Below, piece after piece: positions 37,290 through 50,167 of a stretch of 64,000 bases of DNA. The stretch is from Octopus sinensis. Taxonomy: Eukaryota. Each line of letters opens with the position of its first letter. Positions within the stretch are counted from its first letter, which is position 1. The notes under the pieces were generated by a model. That model searched no databases. It worked only from the letters and a program-made list of their open reading frames with translations, and had not been told where the DNA came from. The stretch covers positions 1 through 64,000 of the forward strand of contig NW_021832015.1 of NCBI RefSeq assembly GCF_006345805.1, read 5' to 3'. A program made the position numbers and the translations under genes.

Positions 37290-37850
37290 ACTAACTTACT
37301 AACACGTCTCTGAAAGCTTGGCGCACCGTGAAAGATGCGTTCGGCTTCTAGTGTTCAAGCACAGCCAATGGAGCTTATCTACATCCACCGTACAGATCGC
37401 AAATTTGTGTTCTGTGTAGCCGACTACTTTAAATTGTGGACAGCATATGCAATTCCTATCTTCTACAATACAGAAAACTCCATCTAGAATCGACCAGGAT
37501 GACCTGATGCCCATGTCTACATTGGTGCATTCAGGTAATCCAGTTGAAACTTGTCAGTCATATTGAAACGACTGGGCAGGTTTAAGAGGCTTTTTGCATC
37601 TTCTCCTATCAGCCTCACACAGTTTAGACGTGTAATGAAGATTTTCCGAGGAACACCTCCCGAAGCTCGAAGAAATTTGGCCGCCCTTCTCCCATTGGAA
37701 AAACATTGATTGCCACAGACCTGAAACGACCACTTTTCGCTACCACCAACGGCCAAAACAACCAACTTGCTGACCAAGCCTGGGAAGATTGGCTTCATCT
37801 CAAGTTTCAGTCCTTTCCGAAACAGCACTGCCATTCCGCGTCCCATTACA
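37290..37850 (-). mobile_element. Second, more decayed Tx1/L1 endonuclease fragment
   Basis: GRGMAVLFRK and LDGVF...YTEHKFAICTV parallel the endonuclease at 36543-37177. Confidence 0.65.
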
Positions 37851-37919
37851 GGTCAATGGAAAGGGGAATGAAGCGGAGATCTCAAATTCATCAAAAATAG
37901 GCACGAAATTTGTTTTTAC

Positions 37920-37990
37920 GCAATGGCTACCACCGGTGCTCCAGCATGGCCGCAGTCAAATGACTGAAACAAGTAAAAGAGTAAAAGAGT
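37920..37990 (+). mobile_element. SINE or LINE 3' tail
   Basis: ccagcatggccgcagtcaaatgactgaaac followed by (AAGTAAAAG)-like repeats. The 13-mer ccagcatggccgc is shared with the CR1 3'UTR at 3640-3652. Confidence 0.55.
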
Positions 37991-38413
37991 ATATGTTCAC
38001 GAAAGAGTATTTTCGAAGACTATGAAAGTTTATCCTTGCAGGGATAAACTCAAAAACGGATAATTTTCTTTTCTTATTTCGATTGAAAGGTATATGGGTT
38101 TCGAACCAAACTGATGCGATAGACTGAGATGCTGCAATATATGGAGCGACAGAACACAAGAGTTGTATCAGGAAATATTGATGGTTGTTAACATACAGAA
38201 TGGGACGACGTGGCGATTACACAATACCAAACATTTTGCAAGTGAACCTAATTCAATGAAACTTCAATATTCACACACACGCACAAGAATATTTGACTGC
38301 AAAATAAATGAATACACTTTCGAAATATTAAGTAAGATTTATGCGGAGAATATCACTGCTGAACAGAGCGGTTCTAAAGATATGTTTAACAGATCCCGAC
38401 CCAAAAACTGACA

Positions 38414-38416
<3 letters not shown>

Positions 38417-38458
<42 letters not shown>

Positions 38459-38588
38459 TCTCTCTCTCTCTTTCTCTTTCTCCTTGTCATTCTCTCTCTT
38501 TCGTTCTCTCTCTCTCTCACTCTCACTCTCTCTCTTTCTCTCTCTGTCTCTCTCTCTCTCTCTGTCTCTGTCTCTCTGTCTCTCTCTG

Positions 38589-38635
<47 letters not shown>

Positions 38636-38874
38636 TTCTCTCATTGAATCTGACTTGTACACGCATACATGAAGACATTCTGTTTACTTTGGAGTTAGCA
38701 ATGGAGGCAACGAACCCAGCTTACAAACGAAAAATATTGTATATGAAGCGTTGGATTAGCAAAGTGTACGGCGTAGAACTACAAAATAATAAATACAACG
38801 TGATTGATTTTCATCTGAAACAATAAAGCAAGCGAGAGAAAAGAGATGGAAGGAAGAAAGAAAGAAAGAAAGAT

Positions 38875-38915
<41 letters not shown>
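38417..38915. repeat. (CA)n, (CT)n and (GAAA)n microsatellites
   Basis: Visible at 38417-38640 and 38855-38915. Confidence 0.95.
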
Positions 38916-38916
<1 letters not shown>

Positions 38917-39537
38917 GTGATCAGAATTGTGAACAATTTTGATTTGATCCAGGTTGAGGATTTTCATTCGTTTATGGATGAGTTACCCAATTTGGTTCCA
39001 AATTTCTTCATTTTATACGTGAAAAAAATTAAATCTGTGTTTCACACATTCAGTTAATCTTCTGTAATTATTTTACGCAATTTAAGTAAAACTCGTATCA
39101 TATCCTCATATAGTGTAAGATATCTGTTCGTCTCCCTCACAGACTAATGTCATCTACACACAATTTAGATATTACATCACCCCAGACATGCATTATTTTC
39201 ATCATCAAAGATATTGAGAATATTCACTGACAGTCACGTGACAAAAACCTAAACACACAACCTTTTGACAAAACGTTGCCTTTTCTCTTTTCTCCTTGGT
39301 AATCTTGTGTCTCAATCCCAAAATCTATGCTAAGCGCATCAATCAAACCTTTATTAGAACTTTCACTCTCTGAAACGAAAACTCTACAAACAATTTTTTA
39401 TCCACAGACACCATTCGACATTGACCAGAGAAATCGTAGAGACTTTTCAAATGCCGACAGTATTGTCTCTCTTTCGATTGAAACATAGAATACAAGTCAA
39501 GGAATGAAATAAACCCAGAAGATTCAAATTTGTTTAC

Positions 39538-39795
39538 CGTCTCTATACTTGGTCGGCACAGTTCTTCTCAACTGATAAAAATAGGCATTATTTTCCCCTG
39601 TTAGAATTTTCTCTGTTGAGTCATTTTCGTATAAAATACATCTTGGACTTATCGTTCTGCTCACGAAGGATTTACATGCAGAAGTTTCAAAACACCTCTT
39701 CGAACAGTCGAAGGCATCCACATCAAGTGTCATCAATGTTTTAGCATCTTTCAGATCACAGTGTTGTACTTTTATAAAATACGTCAGATATTCAA
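39538..39795 (-). CDS. PAN/Apple domain exon 1, intact (258 bp, phase 1/1)
   Basis: Acceptor tttttgttacag, donor gtaaac. Encodes EYLTYFIKVQHCDL...FDCSKRCFETSACKSFVSRTISPRCILYEND...AYFYQLRR. Confidence 0.82.
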
Positions 39796-40345
39796 CTGTA
39801 ACAAAAACCAGGCAATTAAACAACCCAAATAGGAAGACGTAAATAAAATATTGTGAAAATATATAATATAAAGAAAGAGAATATTAAATGTTTGACGATC
39901 AACATTGGTATGTTTACTAGGAAGAAGTGATAAAGTTGTTACTACCATAGTGTAGGTACAAAGCATCTTGGAATATATTATCTGTTTAATAAATATGAGT
40001 TTTTAAAGTTGTTTAATTCTCATATTTAAATGATTCGTATGTTATGTTCTATAATGTTCAACGGTTGTGCATTGTAAAGTTTGCCCCAGTATCAGCACTT
40101 TGTCAAATTTAACAAAATGCTTAGAAACTGACGAAACACTGACGAAATGGAAATTATGTTCAGAATTGAATTCGTCATTATTCGGCGGTTTTATCTTGAA
40201 CTTAGAATTTTAAATTTTCTTTTCAACTAATTTACTATGAGAAGGAAAATATTTTCCTATACTGAACTTATAAATTACAATTTTGCGCTGTGATTTTTAT
40301 AATGTTTATAGATAAAGGTCTATATATTGATATAAATCTACTCAC

Positions 40346-40381
40346 GTCCATTTCCAAATGTCAATGAGATGTAGAAGAGAA
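40346..40381 (-). CDS. Candidate signal-peptide C-terminal exon (VLFYISLTFGNG), 36 bp, phase 1/1
   Basis: Consensus acceptor ttttcgttgcag and donor gtgagt, hydrophobic translation, located just upstream of PAN exon 1. Confidence 0.6.
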
Positions 40382-41255
40382 CTGCAACGAAAATTTATTT
40401 TGTAAAATATTTTATTCCATGTCCACGTTTAACATTAATTTACAAACATTAAAGACGAAAAGATTAAGAAAGAGAAGTGTTATATGCATAATTCGATAAT
40501 AAATACGACGATGACCACCACCACATCACCATAAAAATATAATGCGAGAGTTGACCACATTCTTTCTGCTGATCCATTCCTTGTCAAACCCAATTATGTT
40601 CTTAGAAAGGAATCTATGTCCACTGGATCATGTACCATCATTTGGAGACAAGAACGGTTAGGAAGGGATAAAACATCAAAGACGATACATAATAACCACC
40701 TGACCACAATCGGGGAAATGACAGACAAAGATATCAAAAAGAAATCGTACAAGGATAAATTTATCAAAGAATGAAACAATATTTGTACTCAGATTGATAT
40801 CGCAATTACTTTTTGCAAAAAAATTTCCTGGTGAGAGATGTGGAAACTGTCAATATTCACGATCCATGAATTTAAAATGAACAAGAATCAGGTATGAATT
40901 TGAAAACGATATGACTGAAGTACAAGATAAAAGCCATATCAACGATATTCTCAGTTCAAAAGATGATCCAGTTAAACCCGGCCCACATGGTACGCAAGAC
41001 ACTTTCAATTTAGCCGTACATCTCAAATAGTTCCCTATATAATCACCGACCAATAAAATATTTACATTTTACACACACACATACTGTAAAGAATCACAGC
41101 GAAACCATGTAACACAACACATTCTCCAGACATTAACTGATCCAATAAAAAAGACAGCATATATTAATCTATATTCAAGAAAATAAAATCTGAGTAAAAA
41201 CCTCCTAAATGAAATGCATCGAAAGATATATTTACTCATGCATAAATAAGGTTAC

Positions 41256-41589
41256 CGTCTAATGATACTGACTTGTGATTCAGTTTTTCGAGGTTGCACC
41301 ATGGTTATACCGATTAAATGTGGGATAAATATAATAATAAGAAGGATGAAATTCAAGGATGGAATTTATAAATAGTTAATACACCGCTACGCGCGTTTCC
41401 ACAAATCACACGATTTAAACATCGGACTCCGTATCCTTGAGATTGGTACAGTATAGTCCGTATTATCCATGGGCATCCGATTGATCATCATCATTCATTC
41501 ATTTAATCAGGCGATACTACATTAGTGGATGAATTACAGAGGAACTCTGACTAAATTGGCCTTTATACTGGCAAGACAGGATGAACATA
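41256..41589. repeat. Repeat block A, copy 2
   Basis: Near-identical to 5551-5884. Confidence 0.93.
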
Positions 41590-41752
41590 CTAGAATTATT
41601 GTTGTTATTGTTGTTATTATTATTATTGGGTGAGAGGGCAGTGCACGCAATCAAAGTGACACTGGAGTAAAATATACAAGGCCCAATATACTCATGATCA
41701 TAACTACCCGTCTGATAAAGGTACACCAGACACATGCATCACAGCCGTATGT

Positions 41753-42088
41753 GTGTTCTTGCGTGTCTCACTCGTGATGGTTAATTCTTAAACAACTTAA
41801 AACATAATATATTAAATATATAATAAAATGTTTACATACAAATAACCTGAAGACACTTCCTCAGCAACATCCTCTCTGTTTTCTGGGTAGAAATGGCTAT
41901 CAAGAACGAAATGTTACTAGTTTAAATCTACTTTCTTTATAAAGGAAAATCATTGTATGAACTTTTCATCGATTTATCAATATCAGATGCCCTGAATTAT
42001 TTACATTAATTATGAATATGATCTGCGTTTAAATGTATTAACATATTGACGTACAACTCACTTATGATGGTAAAATCATTAAATGATA
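41753..42088. repeat. Repeat block B, copy 2
   Basis: Homologous to 6854-7190. Confidence 0.85.
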
Positions 42089-42147
42089 CACACATACACA
42101 CAGACACACACGCATATATATATATATACCTACATACATATATATAC

Positions 42148-42178
<31 letters not shown>

Positions 42179-42236
42179 TGTATGTATGTATGTATGTATG
42201 TATGTATGTATGCATGTATGTATGTAAGTATGTAAG

Positions 42237-42267
<31 letters not shown>

Positions 42268-42351
42268 GTATGTATGTAAGTATGTAAGTATGCATATCAC
42301 AGTATCAGTCAGACTATTAGTTGTTATACATCACTGGTCACAATACGCTCC

Positions 42352-42455
42352 GCATTGTTGTAGCTTTTGAATGATGCCATCGCACTGGCTAAGTGAGATG
42401 GCCAACATTCCCTTTGATCGGAAGGTTGTTGCGTCACAGGGTTATTCATTTACAG
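42352..42455. repeat. Repeat block C, copy 2
   Basis: Homologous to 10212-10315. Confidence 0.88.
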
Positions 42456-42456
42456 T

Positions 42457-42690
42457 GGAGGTGCAATGACCCAGTGGTTAAGGCAGTGGACTCGCGGCAG
42501 TAAGATCGCGGTTTCGATTCCCAGACCGGGCGTTGTAAGTGTTTATTGAACGAAAACACCTAAAGCTCCACGATGCTCCGGCAGAGGGTGGTAGCAGACC
42601 CTGCTGTACTCTTTCACTACAACTTTCTCTCACTCTTTCTCCCTGCTTCTGGTGTACCTGTATTTTAAAGGGTCAGCCATCCTGAATGCA
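42457..42690 (+). mobile_element. tRNA-derived SINE, third family
   Basis: A box tgacccagtgg and B box ggtttcgattcc. The body is unlike the CORE-type SINEs. Confidence 0.75.
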
Positions 42691-42793
42691 AACACTCTAA
42701 CCACTATGTCATGCGCCTCCAAGCACAAATACACTCACACACGCACACACACACATATACAAACACACATACACACACAAACACAAGCACATA

Positions 42794-42880
<87 letters not shown>

Positions 42881-42897
42881 ATAATTATATATATATA

Positions 42898-42988
<91 letters not shown>

Positions 42989-42989
42989 C

Positions 42990-43730
42990 AAAATGGTACA
43001 AGAACGCAAAACATCCAGACAGTTAGGTGATACAAGAAAGGGACAACAAAACATCCAGATAGACAATACAAAGAAAACAAGTCGGATCATTAGGAGTTTT
43101 CTTTCCTCAGTCGAGTTCCAGATTATCTTTGCAATTTCGGCTGGTTATACTCGAGATTGCTCTAATCTGGTCAGCCCCAAGGGAAAACTAAGCTATGAGC
43201 ATTAGAGTCCTTGGAAGAAAGCAGCGAATGTATACGAAAACAAAGACGGAAAAAAACGGAGAAGGCTACACAAATACAAACAAACAGGACATAACAACAG
43301 GTGTCTTTCGACTAAGGACGAATTAAATTAAGCTGGCGTGTGTGGAAGTAAAGCCTTACGGCAGGGATACAAGATTTCACAGACACAGGGAAGATTATAT
43401 ATGTTGCACGGACAGCAGCCGAACCAAGAAAGAAAGGTCAGGCTTGGCCGAACACCGGTCACGTGGGGAGAGAAGAGAAAGATGTAGAGGCAGAGGGACA
43501 GAAGAAATAAGGAGGTGCGAGAAAAAATGCCAGGGACTCAGTGAAGTGAAAAAAGGAGGGAAATGAGCATGAAGAGAAGGCAATGAAATACGAGAGAGGG
43601 GGAGCGAAGGAACGAAAAGTGGAGTTAACGAAGCAAGCGTGAAAGGGCTGATAGAAAAAAGAAAGAATAAAAGTGTAAAAGTCGTACATTTAGATAAATA
43701 TATGCTTACATATAAGAGACCAAAGTGTAC
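42990..43730 (-). mobile_element. Penelope-like 3' remnant
   Basis: Purine-rich tract on plus, degenerate CTGAGGA..stem motif near 43095-43120, bounded by (TA)n on both sides. Confidence 0.45.
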
Positions 43731-43738
43731 GTACGCCG

Positions 43739-43829
<91 letters not shown>

Positions 43830-43974
43830 CATACATATATATACATATATATACATATATATATACATATATATACAAGTACGTATATTTCTATGTATCT
43901 ATGTATAATTTGTGCTCCATACACATGTCAAAATACCGACTGTTTTATCAAAATAATGGGACAAACCAATGATA

Positions 43975-44330
43975 CGAGAGTAACTTGAAAAGTTCATAGG
44001 CTGACCAAGATACTTTCATGGAATGTGACCAATCCTTGAGCTCCATGCACTTCTTTCATTGGTGTTGCACTACTTGGATCCCACGGGAGGAAGAAGCTTT
44101 CATCCTGTTGATAAAAAAATACATTGACAGCAGATATGGCGTCATCGTCACAGCGATACCGGCACCGATGAGCAGAAACCTTCGTCATGCCTGTCTCATT
44201 GTGCAGAATATTTGCAACTCTCCCACGGGATATGCTAACAGCATTGGATATTTGATTTATAATCAATCGCCTGTCATGTACCAGCATGTGGTGAACACAA
44301 CCAATGTTTTCCTCGGTGGTCACAGCTGCA
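43975..44330 (-). mobile_element. Internally deleted mariner
   Basis: DRRLIINQISNAVSISRGRVANILH..GMTKVSA is joined directly to DDDAISAVNVFFYQQDESFF. The terminal region is related to 10720-10780 and 16080-16170. Confidence 0.8.
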
Positions 44331-44399
44331 GGTCGTCCAGACCTTGGGCTATCTTCAAGATTCTCTCTTACCCTCCTAAATTCAGCTGTCCATTTTTAC

Positions 44400-45720
44400 A
44401 CCGAGAATAAGGCTGTAACGTCAACCCTTTCTCTGTACCTCTTCTGTCCATGTCACTAGTTTTGTGGAGATTTCCAGTTGTTATTAGAATTTTGGGGGTT
44501 TTAATGTCTATGGAGTGGATGTCTTGCACAGACCAATCCAGTATTCCCAATGTTGCAATCAACACTGGCACTGCAAATGCATTGTGGGATATTGTCTTGT
44601 ATTTTTCTTAGTCTGCTGTAATATTCTTGTGTCACTCTATCTTTATTCACAGAACCTTGTTATAATATCTTTTCATCAATGCCAAGATACTTGTAGCATT
44701 CTTTGTGTGGGTACAGGAGAGATGGTGAGACCCACTGATACACAAGTTTTGTGTCGGGTTGGGGCTGATTTTTCCCCGTTCAGCAATTGAGTAAGAGCAT
44801 TCCTTCTGGTCAAATTCTTTTCCTGTCAGCTGAGAATGATAATTCCTGTTAGTTTTTGGAATTGCTAACATTTTAGCATAAATATTGAGGTCGTTCTCAA
44901 AGAAATTATGGATTACATTAACATCTCTTGCAGTTTCAAACCCTAGAATGTAGCCTTTTGCTTTTAGTAGCAGGAATGATAATGGATTTAACGCCAAAAT
45001 GAACAGAAGTACAGAGTCTCCCCTTGGAATATCCCCTTTGAAATATTTATGGCATTGGAGACGATCGTTCCTTCCTGTCTCTCCCTCCCTCTCTCCCTCT
45101 CTCTGTTTTAAGTATGAGGACTGTGACCCTCTCAAGGTAGCAGATACTCTTGTCAAATGTAAACACATCAGCAGCCATGGGTGGGGAATAGAGTCAAATG
45201 CCTTCCTATAATCAAGCTAGACTGTTGTAAGGCTTTTTTTTTTACCTCAGATAGTTACAGCTTTGCTTATCAGAAGTCGTTCAGCACATTCTCACACTTC
45301 TTCCACCAGCCAGATCATCAGCTAATATGTTGTTGGACTCGAGTCAGTGATCCTGGAGGAATTAAAGGCGGTAGCTTGTGTACAATTTGTACATAACATT
45401 TAAGCAAGCAATTTTCATGCAATTTGGTGGTTTCATTCTTGGTTACTATGGTAAGCCAATATGGTTTGTCAATCTGACAATATACTTATTAGTGGCTTCC
45501 TGTAAAATGTCATCCTCTCGTGCCAGTTTCCAACTATTAAGTCCCCGCCAGGCGCCTTATCATAATGTGGTTTGCCTACAGCTATGGTGAAAATTTCCTG
45601 ATCAATTGCATAAGTTTCACTGTTGATGCTGGTACAGTATTCCCTCTTTACTGCATTTAGTCATGATGCTTTGAGGTTGAGATTCCTCTTTTCGTTCCAG
45701 ATTTGAGAGAGGGCTTTCTT
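44400..45720 (-). mobile_element. Decayed R4-clade RT fragment
   Basis: GDIPRGDSVLLFILALNPLSFLL..GY..HNFFENDLNIYAK, then ILDWS..IDIKT.KIL..GNLH..SDMDR. Confidence 0.7.
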
Positions 45721-46830
45721 AACGGTAATATTTCCGTTCCTCATCTCTCAACATGTATGTATACATGCATGTATTTATGTATGTACGTATACTTTACATT
45801 AAGTTTGAATGAAACAAAGGTCATTGCGAAAACTGAACTGCTCTGAGACGTTCTACACCGCGTATTTGACAATATTATTTATGAGACATTGTTAGGATAT
45901 TGAATATCTTCTGAATTTAACATTGAATCACTTTCTGTAGTTTATGTCTTCGGTGCTGAACTTTATGTCCAACGTGTCGATGCTCCTCTCAACAATCCTC
46001 TCTCACCTGTCCCAATTCCACCGTCAGGCATGTCAACTACCAGTCCAATCACACAGCCTGTATTAGTAGACACAACAAGCCCGCTCTTCTATTTGGCGCC
46101 GCAGCATCATCAGTAGCTAAACCAACAGCCGTATTTCTTTTCTGCCATCATTTGTTGTCAAAAGATATCTGAGGCGACAATATTACGACCTCTGGGCCTT
46201 ATAGTAATAATAACAATATAATTACAGTAATAATAGTGAAACTATAGTAGTGAACAAGTAAATAATAAGATAGAGATTATAGTAGTAATAGTGAAATTAT
46301 AATAGTGAACAAGTGAATGATTACCCAAGTTGATAATTACCCGAAATGATTAACAAGTGTCGTTGTGAAACAGTCGAGTCGTCGGCGACTAAACCGGTAA
46401 CCTCACTAAGATTACTTGGTGGACTTTTGACATCCTGCGAGAGTAAAAGCAAAACCGGACAAAGGACAAAAGAACACAGAAGAGTCAATGGCCATCCCGA
46501 AAAGGGGTAGACAGAACTCGTGAGACTTGGTTGGCAGTCTGTCTAGGAGAAGGAACGCCCTGATTTAAAACTGGGGTAGACAGAACTCCTTCGTCACAAT
46601 GGTGACAACCCGTCAGTGTTCAACGGCTTCATATCTGGGATGAAGACGAATGAACCGCGAACTGGGACTTAATTCCGGAGCAACATGAGACCAACTGACG
46701 TTCACCTGTCTCCTAGTGAGAATCATGATCATGGTCCCCAACACACAGAAATGCGAAGGGAACAGGCCCAACGATCTGGTGTTACGATCTGGTAGCCATA
46801 GCCCGAACTTACTGAATCAATGAGAATAGG

Positions 46831-49800
46831 GTGAACCCAAAACAACAACACATCATGAAATTTTTTGTAAAACTTTTAACAATTGTCAGCACGGAAAAAA
46901 CAGCCTACATACAAAAACAAATATATACACAAACAAAAAAGCCAATGCCACCCAGACGTGCACTCAAAATATTCACAAAGGTAAATAGACCCAATACGCA
47001 AACACAGAAACACAAGATAGCACCAAACAGGCAAGAGGAACCAAAAGTGATAAAAACTATCAATGTAACTCACAAAGAACTAACAGAAAACCAAATCAAA
47101 ATACTCTCCAAAGGGTTCAAGTTTACACCCACCCCACAACACCACAACTACAATGAAATGAAAGAAAACATCGCGGAATTCTGTAGAAATTTACGACTCG
47201 CTGAGGAGCTATACGACAAATACAACGAGGACGAATCGTTGGTCCGAAATAAAAGTAACTACACCCCCTCAAAAGGTAAGAACAAAACTCTTGATCATTT
47301 CTGTGAACACATCTCGAATTACCCATATCAACATATGCACAAACAAAAACACAAACTAAAATTCAGCAAAAAAGAATGGGCTGAGCTGAACAAATTAAAA
47401 GCTGACAAAACAATAACAATCAAAGAGGCTAATAAAGGGAGTGCAGTTGTCTTAATGGACACGGTATTTTATATAACTTTAGTACTATCCATATTGGCAG
47501 ACACAACACATTATGAAAAGGTCCAAAAAAACAGTTAGCAAGAAATAATGAGAGAACTAAAATCCATGTTAAACCTATACAAGGAAGTGCTCACCGACAA
47601 AGAATATGACTATATGACCAATTTCAAAAGTAAATCCAGTCAATTCTACGGTATTCCCAAGATACACAAAGGTGAAAAAATAAGTAACGCATGCAAGATA
47701 ACCACAGACATAATAATCAAAGTCCCTACTCCTAATGATCTCAAATTGAGACCTATAATAGCAGGTCCCGCATGCGAAACCCACTGCCTCATTTACTTTT
47801 TAGATATCCTCTTAAAACCATTCCTCAAGCATGTCAAAAGTTATATAAGGGACGACCTGGATATGCTCAATCACCTTCCTAAAACAATAAACAAAACCAC
47901 CCTACTAGTATCCTTCGATGTAGTCAACCTCTATTCCAATATCCCCCACAACCTAGAAATAGAGGCAATTCAATTCAGGCTAGAGAATTACGCCAACGAA
48001 CTCCCACATCGCATCGAAAACGAATTCGTGATAGAAGGGCTAAAATTCATCCTGGAAAATAACTACTTCGTCTTCAAAGACAACTTCTACCGACAAAAAT
48101 CGGGGACTGCGATGACCACGAGAATGGCCCCCTCCTTTGCTAACCTAGTCAGGGAATATCTAGAAATTAGTCTTTATCGTAAGGTTCTAGAAAAATAGGG
48201 CAGCCCATTCTCCCTCTACATAGAAAATAACTGGAAAAAATACCTGGATGACTGTTTCATTCATTCTTTGGCATGAAAATATAGAGAAACTTAAAGAATT
48301 CCAAGCACTTCTAAATGGACTTGACGTAAACATTCAATTTACGATGGAATATAGCCAGCAACAACTTCCCTTCCTAGACATCCTCATTAAGAAATCTAAC
48401 AACGTAATAGAAACAGATATATACTGTAAGCCTATGGACTCCAAGCAATAGCTACTGTTCAACTAATGCCACCCCAGACACACCAGAAGGAATATCCCAT
48501 TCAACCTAGCAAAAAGGATATGTACTATAGATTCTAATGCAAACACCATAGACACACGATTACATGAACTAAAGGATACACTCATCACTAGCAACTACCC
48601 ACTTTCACTAATTGACATACGCTTTCAACTCAACATCCAAGAACTCAGACATCCCAAATTAAAGACGGATTTACAATCAACAGCCCTACCATACATCTCC
48701 ACACACAACCCTCTCAACAATGAAGCCTACGACACCATCCTCCAAAACATACCCCTGCTAAAAAAGGACCACAGAATGAACTTAATCCTCCAAACACACA
48801 CCATCATTAAAAGCAAGAGACAGCCGAAATCTATGAAAATTCTCCTAATACAAGCCCGAATACGCTCAACAACAACACAGAAGCCATCGGTAAAAAATGC
48901 GGAAGACCCAACTGTGGGCTATGCGTCAATTTGATTGAGGGATCAGAGTTCACCTTCAAACAAGGACAACGTTTCACAGTGAAAAGCAACTTCACATGTG
49001 CTTCGGAGAACCTGATATACGCACTAACCTGCTCTAGGTGTCAAGAACAATACATAAGCCAAACAAAAAACAGTCTACGTAAAAGAAGGCTCTGCACAGA
49101 TCCCAGATCAAAATTCCCCAAAAATTCAAGCTTCAGAATTTTTCCCCTCTACCAATTTAGGGACGATACAACCTGAACCCAACGAATCGGTAAAGAGACT
49201 CTCTTTACTACAAAATACAGACCCCTTTTGAACGCGTCTGCAACAAACGACATACCCACCACGGCCTTAGAATAACACACATACACACGCGAATATTAAA
49301 AATGATACACTCAAGAGATTCTCAAGAATTCATTAAAAAACAGTCCCAATCACTACTATAATCCATAACGTGCCAATTTTAAGTCACTTGACTATTTAAC
49401 ATCTTACTATTTTCATACTACCTACATTCCTTCTTATTCTCCCTTCTCTTTCTTCTTCTTTGTCTTCTTGCTCCTCCTTCTAAATTTGCCACTAATGCTG
49501 TTTAGAATAACACCTACGCAAATTTTATAAAGAAAACATTCAAAAGAGCTATCTCAGGAATTCAACAATTGCTACTACCATCCACAGCAGGTCACTTGAC
49601 CATTCTACTACCATCCTTCTTCCTCTTCTTCTTCTGCTTCTCCTTCTCCTCCTCCTCGCCTTCTTCTTCTTCTTCTACCCTACCAAGAATTCACAACGTC
49701 CCCGAACCCACAAGAGTAAACAAGAGAGACAGAGACAGGCAGAAACAAGGAAAATGCCCCTCGTATTTGAACACTATGCAAATATTCTTTACAAAAAACT

Positions 49801-49925
49801 TTTCTTTTAATTTTTCCAAAATTTAATTGTTTTCCATATTTACAGTTGAAAAAGTCCCAATGACTGAAACCGGTACTGAAATGTTTTTTACAAAATTATT
49901 TTAGCATTTTCTATCTTGACTTTTA
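46831..49925 (+). mobile_element. Penelope-like element (RT plus GIY-YIG), decayed
   Basis: KANKGSAVVLMD, FYGIPKIHK, LRPIIAG, SFDVVNLYSNIPH, YRQKSGTAM...APSFANL, YLDDCF (48241), PFLDI, FTCASENLIYALTCSRCQEQYI. Pyrimidine-rich 3'UTR with a terminal hammerhead. Confidence 0.9.
49843..49878 (+). ncRNA. Minimal type I hammerhead with U3-A8 core
   Basis: CAG-UUGAAAA-AGUC(ccaau)GACU-GAAA-CCGGUA-CUG. Palindromic ACCGGT helix III, triplet GUA. Confidence 0.6.
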
Positions 49926-50124
49926 TATATATATATATATATATAATAATAAATATTAGGGAATAAATCCAAATTTACAGGGAAAAAAATCAGATTTAGG
50001 ATTAAATCCAATTTTATAGTAAAATATTATAAAATATTATTAGAGACAAAACCACTATTTTGCAAAACAAACAAGGAAAGACTTAATCAATACATAAAAT
50101 TTTAATAAAAAGTCAAAAAAACCG

Positions 50125-50167
50125 CCACTACAATCGTTTCTTGTCTTGATCGACAATCTTCAGGTGG
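50125..50167 (-). ncRNA. Type I hammerhead ribozyme (3' repeat copy)
   Basis: CCAC-CUGAAGA-UUGUC(gaucaa)GACAA-GAAA-C(gauu)G-UA-GUGG. Canonical core, triplet GUA. Confidence 0.8.

Noticed and set aside
37956-38159. Phase-1 exon candidate ASQSIASVWFETHIP...
   Set aside because: Good acceptor, but no cysteine pattern and no donor before the SINE tail.
39946-40135. Micro-exon 39946-39981 and partial frame at about 40050-40135
   Set aside because: The first has a weak donor (gtagta) and the second an early stop; either could arise by chance in AT-rich DNA.
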